Below are positions 47,256 through 57,244 of a stretch of DNA of 64,000 nucleotides, in pieces; position 1 is the stretch's first letter; every line of letters begins with the position of its first letter. Below the pieces are notes generated by a model. The model was not told where the DNA came from, did not search any database, and worked only from the letters and a program-made list of their open reading frames with translations. A program made the position numbers and the translations under genes. Source of the stretch: an uncultured Bacteroidales bacterium (GTDB taxonomy: Bacteria; Bacteroidota; Bacteroidia; Bacteroidales; ML635J-15); NCBI GenBank assembly GCA_964615585.1, contig CAZTNS010000001.1, positions 1,456 to 65,455 on the forward strand, given 5' to 3'.

Positions 47256-48245
47256 CTAAAATGACGGACAACTTATTGTTCTGTATTTTGATTTGGGTGG
47301 TTTACAATTGAATGTAAACCCAAATGTTACTTCATGAGCACCAAGTGTTGAGTTTTTTAGTTTGGAAACTGTTAAATCATAACTGTAACCTACTTTTATT
47401 TGATCTTGTCTGAATCCAACCAGCATTATAAATGAATCATAATGGAAATTGAAATTTTGACGTAGCCAGAAACCAGCTACAATTGATGTTCTGTTAACAT
47501 ATACCCCCCAGTTGAATTGCTGGAAGTCTCCTTGTTGGTGGAATAACAGCTGTGGAGCCAGTGATAACTCACCCCTTTTGAAATTCATTGCAGTGATTGG
47601 AATATCAGTACCAAAATGGACGGTAAATTTACGTGGAAGCACGGCATCACTACCCCTCAGGAATGACTCTGCAGGTTCGGTCAGGTGATGTACAGCAAGT
47701 CCGAAGAATGTTTTTTCACTGAAACCAACGAGCCCGGCAGAAAAATCAAAATAATTTTTGGTATCATCTACAATGCTTGGATCTTCATTGGTTGAGTATA
47801 TAGGCCCGTATAAAGGATGTATCATGTCGGGAAAAATGAAATCCCATTCAATGGTTTTCATAATATAGGCTGCCTGGAAGCCTCCTGCTATTGCAAGGTT
47901 CCGTGTAACAGGCAGTGTATAAGAATACATGCCTGCTATGGTTGTGGCTGTGATGGTTCCGTCACCTTGTACATCGTTCATTAAAAGCAACCCTGCACCC
48001 CCTTTTAATGCATTAACATGTTGGTCATACGACAGGCTGTAGGTTACGTAGGTCTGAACCAGTGCAGGCCACTGATTGCGATAACTCAGGTTTACCCTTG
48101 GACACTTGTCAGAGCCCGTAAAAGCGGGATTCAAATAAAGCGGGTTTGCATAGAATTGCGAAAAATGTGCATCTTGTGCAGTAATTTTGCCGCTAAAGCC
48201 CATCAGAAGGCAAATCGTCAGGATGAATAATATTCGTTTAATCAT
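47256..48245 (-). CDS. PorP/SprF family T9SS membrane protein
   Basis: After the signal peptide: QDAHFSQFYANPLYLNPAFTG, the family hallmark. Beta-barrel-like remainder. Confidence 0.85.
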   Translation of the reverse strand: MIKRILFILTICLLMGFSGKITAQDAHFSQFYANPLYLNPAFTGSDKCPRVNLSYRNQWPALVQTYVTYSLSYDQHVNALKGGAGLLLMNDVQGDGTITATTIAGMYSYTLPVTRNLAIAGGFQAAYIMKTIEWDFIFPDMIHPLYGPIYSTNEDPSIVDDTKNYFDFSAGLVGFSEKTFFGLAVHHLTEPAESFLRGSDAVLPRKFTVHFGTDIPITAMNFKRGELSLAPQLLFHQQGDFQQFNWGVYVNRTSIVAGFWLRQNFNFHYDSFIMLVGFRQDQIKVGYSYDLTVSKLKNSTLGAHEVTFGFTFNCKPPKSKYRTISCPSF

Positions 48246-48355
48246 GTTGTTGCTATTATTCCACAATGTGCAATTATACAAATAAATATTTTAAAAATCA
48301 AATCAGAGTTACAATAATACAATATTTTTATCGTTTAAAAAAATAAATCAGTGAT

Positions 48356-48393
48356 AATTTATTATTTCGCATCGAATTTATTATTTCGCATCG
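48356..48393. repeat. Perfect 19-bp tandem duplication upstream of porU
   Basis: aatttattatttcgcatcg at 48356-48374 and again at 48375-48393. Ends 26 nt before the porU ATG. Confidence 0.95.
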
Positions 48394-48419
48394 AAAATAT
48401 ACATTTATTTTTAAAAAAC

Positions 48420-51400
48420 ATGAAAAAAATACTTTTGATTTCTTTTTTGATTTTATTTGCTTACTATGTTAAAACATTACAGGCACAAAATTATAATTTT
48501 TCTGATAAAATCAAATGGATGGGGATACAAAAGATTAGTGTTGATTCTTTAAACAGCATTGAAAGGCTCTCCTTTGTTGATGCTGCCTATTATGAACAGG
48601 AACAGATTCCGGTTTATTTTAATCAGATTGACTTGAAAAATGGTAAAGTTGTCGGTTTTTTATGGACAAAAAGAAAGGTTGAGCCTCTTGATCAAGATGA
48701 AAAGTTGCTTCTGAAAAGGTACAATATTAATTTACCGGATCAATTTGATGTTTCTTTTTCAAACAGCATTATCCGCAAACAGCATTATGCACATATTAAT
48801 ATGGTGCCGTTAAGAAAGAACCCCGATACTGGTGAGCCTGAAAAATTGATTGAATTTTCTTTAAAATTGCAATATGAACAATTGCCTGAGGTGAAATCCC
48901 AACGTACTTATGCCGATAATTCCATTATGAATACAGGTGAATGGTATAAGATCAGGGTCGGCAATTCCGGTATTTATGAATTGTCATACAGTGACATATC
49001 TTCAATGGGGTTTGATGATCCTGCACAAGTGGGCGTTTATGGTTATGGCGGGATGGTTCCCAAAAAAAATGCAGAAAGCAGGCATGATGATATCCCTCAA
49101 CGACCTGTTTATTTACAGGATAACAATGGAAATGATGTTTTTGATGCTGGTGACGCTTTGTTGGTTTATCTTGAAGGACCGGACAAACACGTTTATGAAG
49201 GAGAAGGAGTGTATAAACATGAGATTCACAACTATTCCGATCATGCTTATTATTTTCTCTCCGATGCTGATGGACCATTGTTTATCGAAACATTGTCAGA
49301 AAATCTGACAGCAAATGGATACACAAGTTCTTATGATTATTATAAAACACTCGAAAAAGACAGTATCAATCTAATTGCTTCTGGGCGCAATTGGTTCTGG
49401 CGTCATTTTGATTATGACCTTTCATATTCATTTAACATAGGCATTCCATCTGTGGATAATACCGAGCAAGCAAATTTATATGCCTCATTGGCAGCTCGTT
49501 CAAAACAAAACAGCCGGTTTAAAGTAACTATAAACGGAAATTCAACTTATTCTGGGTATATAGATTATGTGTCGGGTTCCTCAACAGATTATTATGCAAA
49601 AAAAACAGACGAACGGTTTTCTATAAATCCTCCTCAGGCATCCAATACAATAAAAATTGAATATATGATTCCGAATACAGGCTCTGAGGGCTGGTTGGAT
49701 TACCTTACAATGAATGCCCGTGCTTTGTTGAATATGCAGGAAAGCAGCCTGAGATTTCGTGATTCACGTACAGTGGGAGCAGGGAATATAACTCAATATA
49801 CCATTAATGGAGTGAATAGCAATTGTGTTGTCCTGGATATTACTGATCCTGTCAATGCGCATGCCATTGAACCTGACCAGCTGTCAGGAGAACAAATGAA
49901 ATTTACGGCGGAAAGTGAAGATTTATGTGAATTTGTTGTTTTTGACAGGAGTGCTTCTTTCAGTACCCCACAGATTGACGGCAGTGAAAAATTGGGATTT
50001 GTCAGTAATCAAAATTTGCATGGTTTTTCAAATGTGGATTATGTCATTGTGACAAATGGTTTGTTTAGTTCATACGCACAGCAATTGGCAGAATTTCATC
50101 AGTCTCTGAACGGGTTGAACACCATTGTTGTTGATCAGGAAAAAATATTTAATGAGTTTTCTTCCGGGACTCCTGATGTGGCGGCAGTACGTGATTTTAT
50201 GAGGATGTTGTATAATAAGGCTGAGTCTGTTACCGGAATGCCAAAATACCTCCTGTTGTTTGGTGATGGAAGTTATGACAACAAAACCACCACCAGTTCC
50301 AATACCAATTATATACTTACCTATCAATCAACCAATGGAATTCATCCCACTCATTCTTTTGTCAGTGATGATTTTTTTGGTTTGCTGGATGATAATGAAG
50401 GAACCGTGTCTGGGGCAGAAGGCCTCGATGTTGGAATTGGCCGCTTGCCCGTAAAATCACAGAACGAAGCACAGGCGGCAGTGGATAAAATATTTAACTA
50501 TGCAAATCCTGACAGCTATGGCTCCTGGAGGAATGTATTGTGTTTCATTGGCGATGATGAAGATTCCGGTTCCCACCAGGAAGACGCCAGTGAAATGGGA
50601 GATACCATCATGGAACATTATCCTGTTTTTAATGCAAGAAAAATACTGCTGGATGCTTACGAACAGATATCTACAGTACAGGGTTCCAGATATCCCGATG
50701 TCAATCAGGCCATTGATGAGCGCGTGAATAAAGGTGCCCTGATCATGAATTATTCCGGCCATGGCAATACAAATTCACTTGCCCATGAAGCTGTGGTAAC
50801 CATGAGCCAGATCAATTCCTGGAATAACCTTAACAGGCTACCGCTATTTCTTACAGCAACCTGTGAGTTTAGCCGTTTTGATGATTATGAATTTACATCT
50901 GCAGGTGAGCAAATATTCTTGAATCCGGAGGGAGGCGGAATAGGTTTGCTAACCACAACACGTATGGTATATGCCGGAGCCAATTTCAATCTGAATTCCG
51001 AATTTTATCGTCAGGTTTTTAAGCGTGACGAAAACAATGATCTCTTTGCTTTAGGTGAAATTATCATGCATACCAAAAACAATATAAGTGACTCCAACAA
51101 TAAAAGAAATTTTGTTTTGCTGGGCGATCCCGCCCTTAAATTAGCCATACCCGAGTACATTGTGGAAACTGACTCTGTAAAGGAAATTGACTCTGTAAAT
51201 GGCGTGGATGTGTCAGTTTTCTCTGATACGGTTGGTGCGGCAAGCCATATTTCAGTTTTCGGACACATTGAAGATAGGGCCGGAAACATCATGACGGATT
51301 TTAACGGGGTGTTGTACCCTTCTGTTTTTGACAAGGTAATGGAATACACTACGCTTGGTAATGATGATTGTCCTCCTTTTTCCTATAAAGAGCAAAAAAA

Positions 51401-52250
51401 TGTCCTGTATTCTGGCAAAGCCAGTATAGAGGATGGGTATTTTTCGTTTGAGTTTATTGTGCCCGTGGATATTGCCTATTATTTCGATAACGGAAAGATC
51501 AGTTATTATGCTGAATCAGACAATGCTGATGCACATGGGTACTTTGACGAGTTGATCATTGGAGGCAGCAGTGACAACATGGGTTCTGATGTGTGGGGCC
51601 CCGACATAGAACTGTATATGAACAATACAGATTTCGTTGATGGGGGTATCACAGATGAAAAACCAGATATGCTGGCTTTTGTTTATGATGAATCCGGTAT
51701 CAACACGGTTGGAAATGGCATTGGCCATGATATTGTTGCTGTGCTGGATGATAACACTGCTGATGCCATCATTTTAAATGATTATTACGAGGCTGATCTG
51801 GATTCTTACCAATCTGGTACAATTACTTATCCATTCCGTGATCTGGATGCCGGTATGCATAGTTTACGTGTAAAAGTATGGGATGTGTTTAACAACAGTG
51901 CCGAGTCAGAAATTTCTTTTATGGTGGCAAATTCCTCAGAACTGGTAATTGAGCAGCTTGGCAATTATCCCAATCCCTTTACGGATCAAACCTGTTTTAC
52001 TTTCACACATAATCATGCAGGGGAGCAACTTGACGTAGAAATTAAGATATATACCATGAATGGTGGATTAATAAAAACTATTTATGAACAAGTCTATACT
52101 TCAGGTTACACAATTGATCCGATATGTTGGCAGGCAGGTAATAGTAATGGAAGGACGGTTGAGCCGGGGGTGTATGTTTACCATGTAAAAGTACGTGCAG
52201 CCAATGGAGATGTTGTAAATAAATTTAAAAAAATGGTGTTTGTGAAATAA
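48420..52250 (+). CDS. porU: T9SS sortase PorU (peptidase C25-like)
   Basis: C25 His/Cys contexts NYSGHGN and LFLTATCEFSRFDD. C-terminal CTD-like ..GVYVYHVKVRAANGD..KKMVFVK. Start set at MKKILLISF. Confidence 0.9.
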   Translation: MKKILLISFLILFAYYVKTLQAQNYNFSDKIKWMGIQKISVDSLNSIERLSFVDAAYYEQEQIPVYFNQIDLKNGKVVGFLWTKRKVEPLDQDEKLLLKRYNINLPDQFDVSFSNSIIRKQHYAHINMVPLRKNPDTGEPEKLIEFSLKLQYEQLPEVKSQRTYADNSIMNTGEWYKIRVGNSGIYELSYSDISSMGFDDPAQVGVYGYGGMVPKKNAESRHDDIPQRPVYLQDNNGNDVFDAGDALLVYLEGPDKHVYEGEGVYKHEIHNYSDHAYYFLSDADGPLFIETLSENLTANGYTSSYDYYKTLEKDSINLIASGRNWFWRHFDYDLSYSFNIGIPSVDNTEQANLYASLAARSKQNSRFKVTINGNSTYSGYIDYVSGSSTDYYAKKTDERFSINPPQASNTIKIEYMIPNTGSEGWLDYLTMNARALLNMQESSLRFRDSRTVGAGNITQYTINGVNSNCVVLDITDPVNAHAIEPDQLSGEQMKFTAESEDLCEFVVFDRSASFSTPQIDGSEKLGFVSNQNLHGFSNVDYVIVTNGLFSSYAQQLAEFHQSLNGLNTIVVDQEKIFNEFSSGTPDVAAVRDFMRMLYNKAESVTGMPKYLLLFGDGSYDNKTTTSSNTNYILTYQSTNGIHPTHSFVSDDFFGLLDDNEGTVSGAEGLDVGIGRLPVKSQNEAQAAVDKIFNYANPDSYGSWRNVLCFIGDDEDSGSHQEDASEMGDTIMEHYPVFNARKILLDAYEQISTVQGSRYPDVNQAIDERVNKGALIMNYSGHGNTNSLAHEAVVTMSQINSWNNLNRLPLFLTATCEFSRFDDYEFTSAGEQIFLNPEGGGIGLLTTTRMVYAGANFNLNSEFYRQVFKRDENNDLFALGEIIMHTKNNISDSNNKRNFVLLGDPALKLAIPEYIVETDSVKEIDSVNGVDVSVFSDTVGAASHISVFGHIEDRAGNIMTDFNGVLYPSVFDKVMEYTTLGNDDCPPFSYKEQKNVLYSGKASIEDGYFSFEFIVPVDIAYYFDNGKISYYAESDNADAHGYFDELIIGGSSDNMGSDVWGPDIELYMNNTDFVDGGITDEKPDMLAFVYDESGINTVGNGIGHDIVAVLDDNTADAIILNDYYEADLDSYQSGTITYPFRDLDAGMHSLRVKVWDVFNNSAESEISFMVANSSELVIEQLGNYPNPFTDQTCFTFTHNHAGEQLDVEIKIYTMNGGLIKTIYEQVYTSGYTIDPICWQAGNSNGRTVEPGVYVYHVKVRAANGDVVNKFKKMVFVK

Positions 52251-52302
52251 TTTTCTTGTGAATGCGTTTATTGCTTGTATTTTTGTAAAAAAATTAAAAA
52301 CA

Positions 52303-53562
52303 ATGGATTACAGATTTTTTATTGCAGTATGTATGCTTAGTATATTTGCCTTTGAGGCATTTGCCCAGTTTGATGAAGATCCGATTGGCAGGGATATGGA
52401 AAACAATGTGATTACCACAGCAGTTCCGTTTTTAATGATTGCGCCTGATACACGGGCCGGGGCAATGGGAGACGCCGGAGTGGCAACCTCTCCCGATCCG
52501 AATTCGCAACACTGGAACCCTGCGAAATACGTATTTGCCGAAGATGATATGGGTGTTGCTCTTTCATACACTCCCTGGTTGCGTAATATCATTGATGATA
52601 TGAACCTGGCTTATTTATCAGGATATTACAGGCTTGATGCTGAAAATATGTTGTCAGCTTCTCTCAGGTATTTTGACATGGGTGAAATCCCTTTCAGAGA
52701 TAATAACAATCAACCATTGAAAATTCATCAACCCAATGAATTTGCATTGGATCTCGGTTACAGCCGCCTTTTGGGAAGCAATTTTTCAGGTGCCGTTGCC
52801 CTGCGTTATATCCGTTCCGACCTCACAGGTGGAATGGAAGTTGGTGGTGTGCCTACCAATCCGGGACAATCCGTAGCCGGCGATGTGGCTTTCTTTTATA
52901 CCAATGATGACATGGGAGTCAGTGGGATGAACGGGTTGCTTAATTGGGGTGTCAGCATCAGCAATATTGGAGCAAAAATGTCGTATTCAGATAACGAAAT
53001 CAGAGATTTTATTCCAACAAATTTCAGAACAGGGGTGTATTACCAACTTGAAATTGATGAGTACAATAAAATTGGAGTTGCTGTGGATATGAATAAACTG
53101 TTGGTACCTACTCCGCCTAAATATGAAACTTTTACTGACGGTGATACTTTACCTGATGGTAGCATTTCTAATACAACCCAAACTATACCTGTAGCCGGTA
53201 ATGAAAATCCCGAGGGTATTTCTGTGGCTGGTGCTTTGTTCCAGTCATGGTATGATGCACCCGGCCCGGCAAATAATTACAATTCTGTTTTTGCCGAGGA
53301 GTTTGCTGAAATATCATGGAGTTTCGGTGCCGAATACTGGTATAGCGAAAGGTTTGCTTTGCGTGCCGGTTATTTCCTGGAACATCAGTATAAAGGAGCC
53401 AGAAAATATGTTACACTGGGTGCCGGCATGAAATTGAATGTATTTGGACTTGATTTTGCATACCTGATCCCAACCGGTGATTTCAATGCTTCACCACTGG
53501 CCAATACATTGCGTTTTACACTCACATTTGATTTGGGCGCACAGGCCGTTGAAGAAGGATAA
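52303..53562 (+). CDS. porV: T9SS outer-membrane channel/shuttle protein PorV (LptO)
   Basis: TTAVPFLMIAPDTRAGAMGDAGVATSPDPNSQHWNPAKY hallmark block. Start set at MDYRFF. Confidence 0.9.
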   Translation: MDYRFFIAVCMLSIFAFEAFAQFDEDPIGRDMENNVITTAVPFLMIAPDTRAGAMGDAGVATSPDPNSQHWNPAKYVFAEDDMGVALSYTPWLRNIIDDMNLAYLSGYYRLDAENMLSASLRYFDMGEIPFRDNNNQPLKIHQPNEFALDLGYSRLLGSNFSGAVALRYIRSDLTGGMEVGGVPTNPGQSVAGDVAFFYTNDDMGVSGMNGLLNWGVSISNIGAKMSYSDNEIRDFIPTNFRTGVYYQLEIDEYNKIGVAVDMNKLLVPTPPKYETFTDGDTLPDGSISNTTQTIPVAGNENPEGISVAGALFQSWYDAPGPANNYNSVFAEEFAEISWSFGAEYWYSERFALRAGYFLEHQYKGARKYVTLGAGMKLNVFGLDFAYLIPTGDFNASPLANTLRFTLTFDLGAQAVEEG

Positions 53563-53566
53563 TGTT

Positions 53567-54034
53567 GTGAGGGTTGGTTTTGGATATGATATACACGCTT
53601 TTGAGCCCGGGAAACACATAATGCTTGGTGGGGTAAAAATACCATTTACCAAAAAATTTAAAGCACACTCCGACGGGGATGTGCTTTTGCATTCTATCTG
53701 CGATGCCATTCTGGGGGCAGCAGCTCTGGGAGATATAGGAAAGCATTTTCCCGATACCGAAAAGCGGTTTGCCAACATATCCTCCCTGGAATTGTTGAAA
53801 GAAACTGTTTACATGCTGGAAAATGAGGGTTTTGAAGTTCAGAATATTGATGCTACGATTGTTATGGAGAAACCTTTCCTGCAAACCCACATTCCACAGA
53901 TGCGAAAAAACATTGCTGAATGTAGTCATTTAAGCATTGGTGCAGTTTCTGTTAAAGCAACAACATCAGAAAAAACCGGAAGCGTTGGCCGTGAGGAAGC
54001 TGCAGAGGTTTATGCGGTGGTTTTAATTAATTAA
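53567..54034 (+). CDS. ispF: 2-C-methyl-D-erythritol 2,4-cyclodiphosphate synthase
   Basis: RVGFGYDIHAF, HSDGDVLLHSICDA..GA. Start assigned to GTG 53567, 4 nt after the porV stop. Confidence 0.88.
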   Translation: MRVGFGYDIHAFEPGKHIMLGGVKIPFTKKFKAHSDGDVLLHSICDAILGAAALGDIGKHFPDTEKRFANISSLELLKETVYMLENEGFEVQNIDATIVMEKPFLQTHIPQMRKNIAECSHLSIGAVSVKATTSEKTGSVGREEAAEVYAVVLIN

Positions 54035-54130
54035 TCCTCAAATATTTTGCAAGCCTGTTATATTTAATAGCTTTGCATTGCAATTAACACAGAAAACAGG
54101 GAATTAGAATTCCCACTAAAATTTAAAATT

Positions 54131-54601
54131 ATGGATATTGACATCAAAGGAAAAGATTTTGTAAAAATTCATTACACAGGAGCCCTTAGCGATGGAGCTG
54201 TTTTTGACAGCTCTGAAGGTAAAGACCCCCTCGCTTTTATTCTTGATATCGGTATGTTAATCCCCGGTCTTGAAAAATCAGTAAAAGAAGCTGAAAAAGG
54301 TGATAAAAAAACAGTAAAAATACCACCGGCAGAAGCTTATGGCGAAGTTGATGATAAAGCCATTCAGGATGTGCCGAAAACACAGTTTCCCGAAGACCTT
54401 GAATTGAAAGAAGGGCTTCAATTACAAGCTCAGACTCAGCAAGGACCTATTCCTGTTGTGGTTAAGGAAATTAAACCCGAATCTGTGATGGTGGATTTTA
54501 ATCATCCACTTGCAGGAGAGGAACTTAAATTTGATTATGAGGTAGTAGAAAAACGCCCTGCCACAGAAGAAGATTTGAAAAATCTGATGGAGCAGAAATA
54601 A
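54131..54601 (+). CDS. FKBP-type peptidyl-prolyl isomerase (SlyD-like, with IF insert)
   Basis: V.IHYTG.L.DG.VFDSS and DFNHPLAG.EL.F. Confidence 0.85.
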   Translation: MDIDIKGKDFVKIHYTGALSDGAVFDSSEGKDPLAFILDIGMLIPGLEKSVKEAEKGDKKTVKIPPAEAYGEVDDKAIQDVPKTQFPEDLELKEGLQLQAQTQQGPIPVVVKEIKPESVMVDFNHPLAGEELKFDYEVVEKRPATEEDLKNLMEQK

Positions 54602-54635
54602 TTTTTCTGTCAAAGCAACATGGATTAAAATAATG

Positions 54636-54666
54636 AAAACCCTGGTTTAATCAGGGTTTTTTTTTG
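54636..54666 (+). terminator. Rho-independent terminator
   Basis: aaaccctg-gtttaat-cagggttt followed by a T-run. Confidence 0.7.
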
Positions 54667-54772
54667 TTTTATTATTATCTGCATTAATATAATATGGTGT
54701 TTTCTTTTTTATATTTCAGGAATAATTTAACTTCGCAGTTACTGAAAAAAACAATGTTTTAATGATAATGCA

Positions 54773-56275
54773 ATGAAAATCCATGAAATTTCTCCTGAGG
54801 GACTTAATTATTCAACCATTCGTGAAATTATACGTGACAATGCCATATTACGGATTAGCCAGAATTCTCTGGATGCCATAAACAAATGCCGTACCTATCT
54901 GGACAATAAAATCTCAGCCGGTGATGAACCGATTTATGGTATTAACACCGGGTTTGGGTCATTATGTAAAGTGAGTATTTCCAAGAAAGACCAGGCTGCT
55001 TTGCAGGAAAATCTTGTAAAATCACATGCATCAGGAATGGGAAACAAAGTGAATGACGATATTGTGCGTTTGATGTTGTTATTCAAAGCCCATGCGCTAA
55101 GTATTGGGCACTCCGGGGTCAGGGAGGAAACTGTTGAAATGATCACAACATTGTATAATCATAACATTATCCCGGTGGTATATGAACTCGGTTCATTGGG
55201 AGCATCTGGTGATCTTGCCCCGCTGGCTCATATGGTACTGCCCTTGTTGGGTAAGGGAGAGGTGAACTATAAATCAAAGCTTGTGCCAGCAGAAGAGGCT
55301 CTAAGGGCTGAAGGGATTAAGCCTGTGAAACTTGCAGCAAAGGAAGGGCTGGCTCTATTGAATGGAACCCAGTTCATGAGTGCACATGGTGTGTATGTGA
55401 TGCTGAAAGCTTTTAAGTTGGCCAGGCTGGCTGATATTATTGCAGCGCTCTCGCTTGAAGCTTATGACGGACGGATTGACGCTTTTTATGCCTCGTTGCA
55501 TTCAGTTCGTCCTCACAGAGGACAATCTGAGACCGCAAAGAACATCCGGAAAATACTTGAAGGTTCTGAAATGTCTGAGCGTAAAAAACCATATGTACAG
55601 GATCCTTATTCTTTTCGTTGTATTCCACAGGTTCACGGAGCAACAAAAGATGTGATAAATCATGTGGCTTCTGTTCTGATCACAGAAATCAATTCTGTAA
55701 CTGATAATCCGACAATTTTTCCTGATGAGGATAAAATTGTGTCAGGTGGAAATTTCCATGGACAACCCTTAGCCCTGAATTTTGATTATCTTGCCATGGC
55801 ATTGGCAGAGCTTGGCAACATTTCAGAAAGACGTGTGTATCGTTTGATTAGTGGCCAGCGGAATTTGCCCGAGTTTCTGGTTGCCAATCCGGGGTTGAAT
55901 TCAGGCTTTATGATCCCGCAATATGCTGCAGCATCCATTGTATCACAAAATAAGCAATTATGTACGCCTGCCTCTGTTGACAGTATTTCCAGCAGCAATG
56001 AGCAGGAAGACCATGTGAGCATGGGTGCCAACGCAGCCACCAAGCTTATAAAGGTTGTGGATAACCTTGAACGGATACTTGCCATTGAGTTGGTGGTTGC
56101 AGCACAGGCTTTTGATTTTAGAAAACAAATAAAAACAAGTCAATATCTTGAAAGTTTTATAGCTGATTTCAGGGAACTTGTGCCATTTGTTTCTGAAGAT
56201 ACTGAAATGTACAAGCTGATTAATAAATCTGTGCAGTTTATTCAAAATGGGGATTTCGACAATGATTTGATGTGA
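54773..56275 (+). CDS. hutH: Histidine ammonia-lyase
   Basis: MIO-forming GSLGASGDLAPLAH. Confidence 0.95.
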   Translation: MKIHEISPEGLNYSTIREIIRDNAILRISQNSLDAINKCRTYLDNKISAGDEPIYGINTGFGSLCKVSISKKDQAALQENLVKSHASGMGNKVNDDIVRLMLLFKAHALSIGHSGVREETVEMITTLYNHNIIPVVYELGSLGASGDLAPLAHMVLPLLGKGEVNYKSKLVPAEEALRAEGIKPVKLAAKEGLALLNGTQFMSAHGVYVMLKAFKLARLADIIAALSLEAYDGRIDAFYASLHSVRPHRGQSETAKNIRKILEGSEMSERKKPYVQDPYSFRCIPQVHGATKDVINHVASVLITEINSVTDNPTIFPDEDKIVSGGNFHGQPLALNFDYLAMALAELGNISERRVYRLISGQRNLPEFLVANPGLNSGFMIPQYAAASIVSQNKQLCTPASVDSISSSNEQEDHVSMGANAATKLIKVVDNLERILAIELVVAAQAFDFRKQIKTSQYLESFIADFRELVPFVSEDTEMYKLINKSVQFIQNGDFDNDLM

Positions 56276-56575
56276 TTATATACTGGCAGGTATTTTTAAC
56301 ATCCCCATATTTTCCATTACAGCTTTAATGTATCAAACCGGTTTTGAAAGGCGTTTTTGTGTTTTCCGGTTAATGTTTGTCACGCACACCAGTTCAAAAC
56401 TGGTATAAAAGAAAACAAAACCAAAGAAGAAAAAATAATATTTTGCTTGTTTATGTTGCAATGGATATCTATAGAATTTTATCTTACTGGAATAAATTGA
56501 TTCAGATGTGATAAAAATACATGGTTATTTAAAATATTTACTTAATTTTGGACTAAACCTTAAAATTAAAATATT

Positions 56576-57136
56576 ATGAACAAATTCACTGAGTTTATTT
56601 CCCCTGTTTTGAAAACCGTAGATGAGGGAGATTTTTTCCGGAAGCCAATGTCGTGGCTTTATTTTTTGATGGCAGTTTTGAATTTATTGTTGCCGTTTTA
56701 TATCCTGTACAAAGCTATAGATAGCGGCGTTTTTAGCGGGCAAGCCAAATGGATATTTGCCTTTATTCTGATCTGGTTGTTTCTTGCTGCGGCAGCCTGG
56801 ATTGGTTTCCAAATTTGGTGGAACAGAAAAGATAAAGTGATCGTTTCTGCTGCCAAAGATGATAATTTTGTCAGCACACCTGTGTTTTCACATTTCCTGC
56901 AGACATTTGGTGAGTGGCTTGGCAGTTTTTATGCCATTGCTGGATTTGGTATAGCTCTGATTGGTGTTATCTTTCTGGGCAGCGGTGCAACTATCCCCGG
57001 ACTTGATATGTTTTCAGGGGGGTGGATCAACATTATTGTGTACCCGCTGACAGGATACCTTATTGTTGTGCTGTTCCGTTTTATTGCTGAACAGACCAGG
57101 GCGATTGTGCAAATTGCAAACAATACCAGAAAATAG
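56576..57136 (+). CDS. Membrane protein of unknown function (about 4 TM)
   Basis: Four long hydrophobic segments; no recognisable motif. Confidence 0.45.
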   Translation: MNKFTEFISPVLKTVDEGDFFRKPMSWLYFLMAVLNLLLPFYILYKAIDSGVFSGQAKWIFAFILIWLFLAAAAWIGFQIWWNRKDKVIVSAAKDDNFVSTPVFSHFLQTFGEWLGSFYAIAGFGIALIGVIFLGSGATIPGLDMFSGGWINIIVYPLTGYLIVVLFRFIAEQTRAIVQIANNTRK

Positions 57137-57244
57137 ATCATAAATGGTTGTTGATGAAAGCCCGGTGCTGTGAATAGTATCGGGCATTCATCTTATAATC
57201 AAATTTTTTAATGACATCCTGAACTCACATCCGGTTTAGTTTAT

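Noticed and set aside
56276-56575. 300-bp spacer after hutH with small hairpins (aaccgg..ccggtt and accagtt-caaa-aactggt), considered as a riboswitch or sRNA
   Set aside because: The stems are short (6-7 bp), there is no recognisable riboswitch core, and the downstream gene is an uncharacterised membrane protein. The evidence is insufficient.
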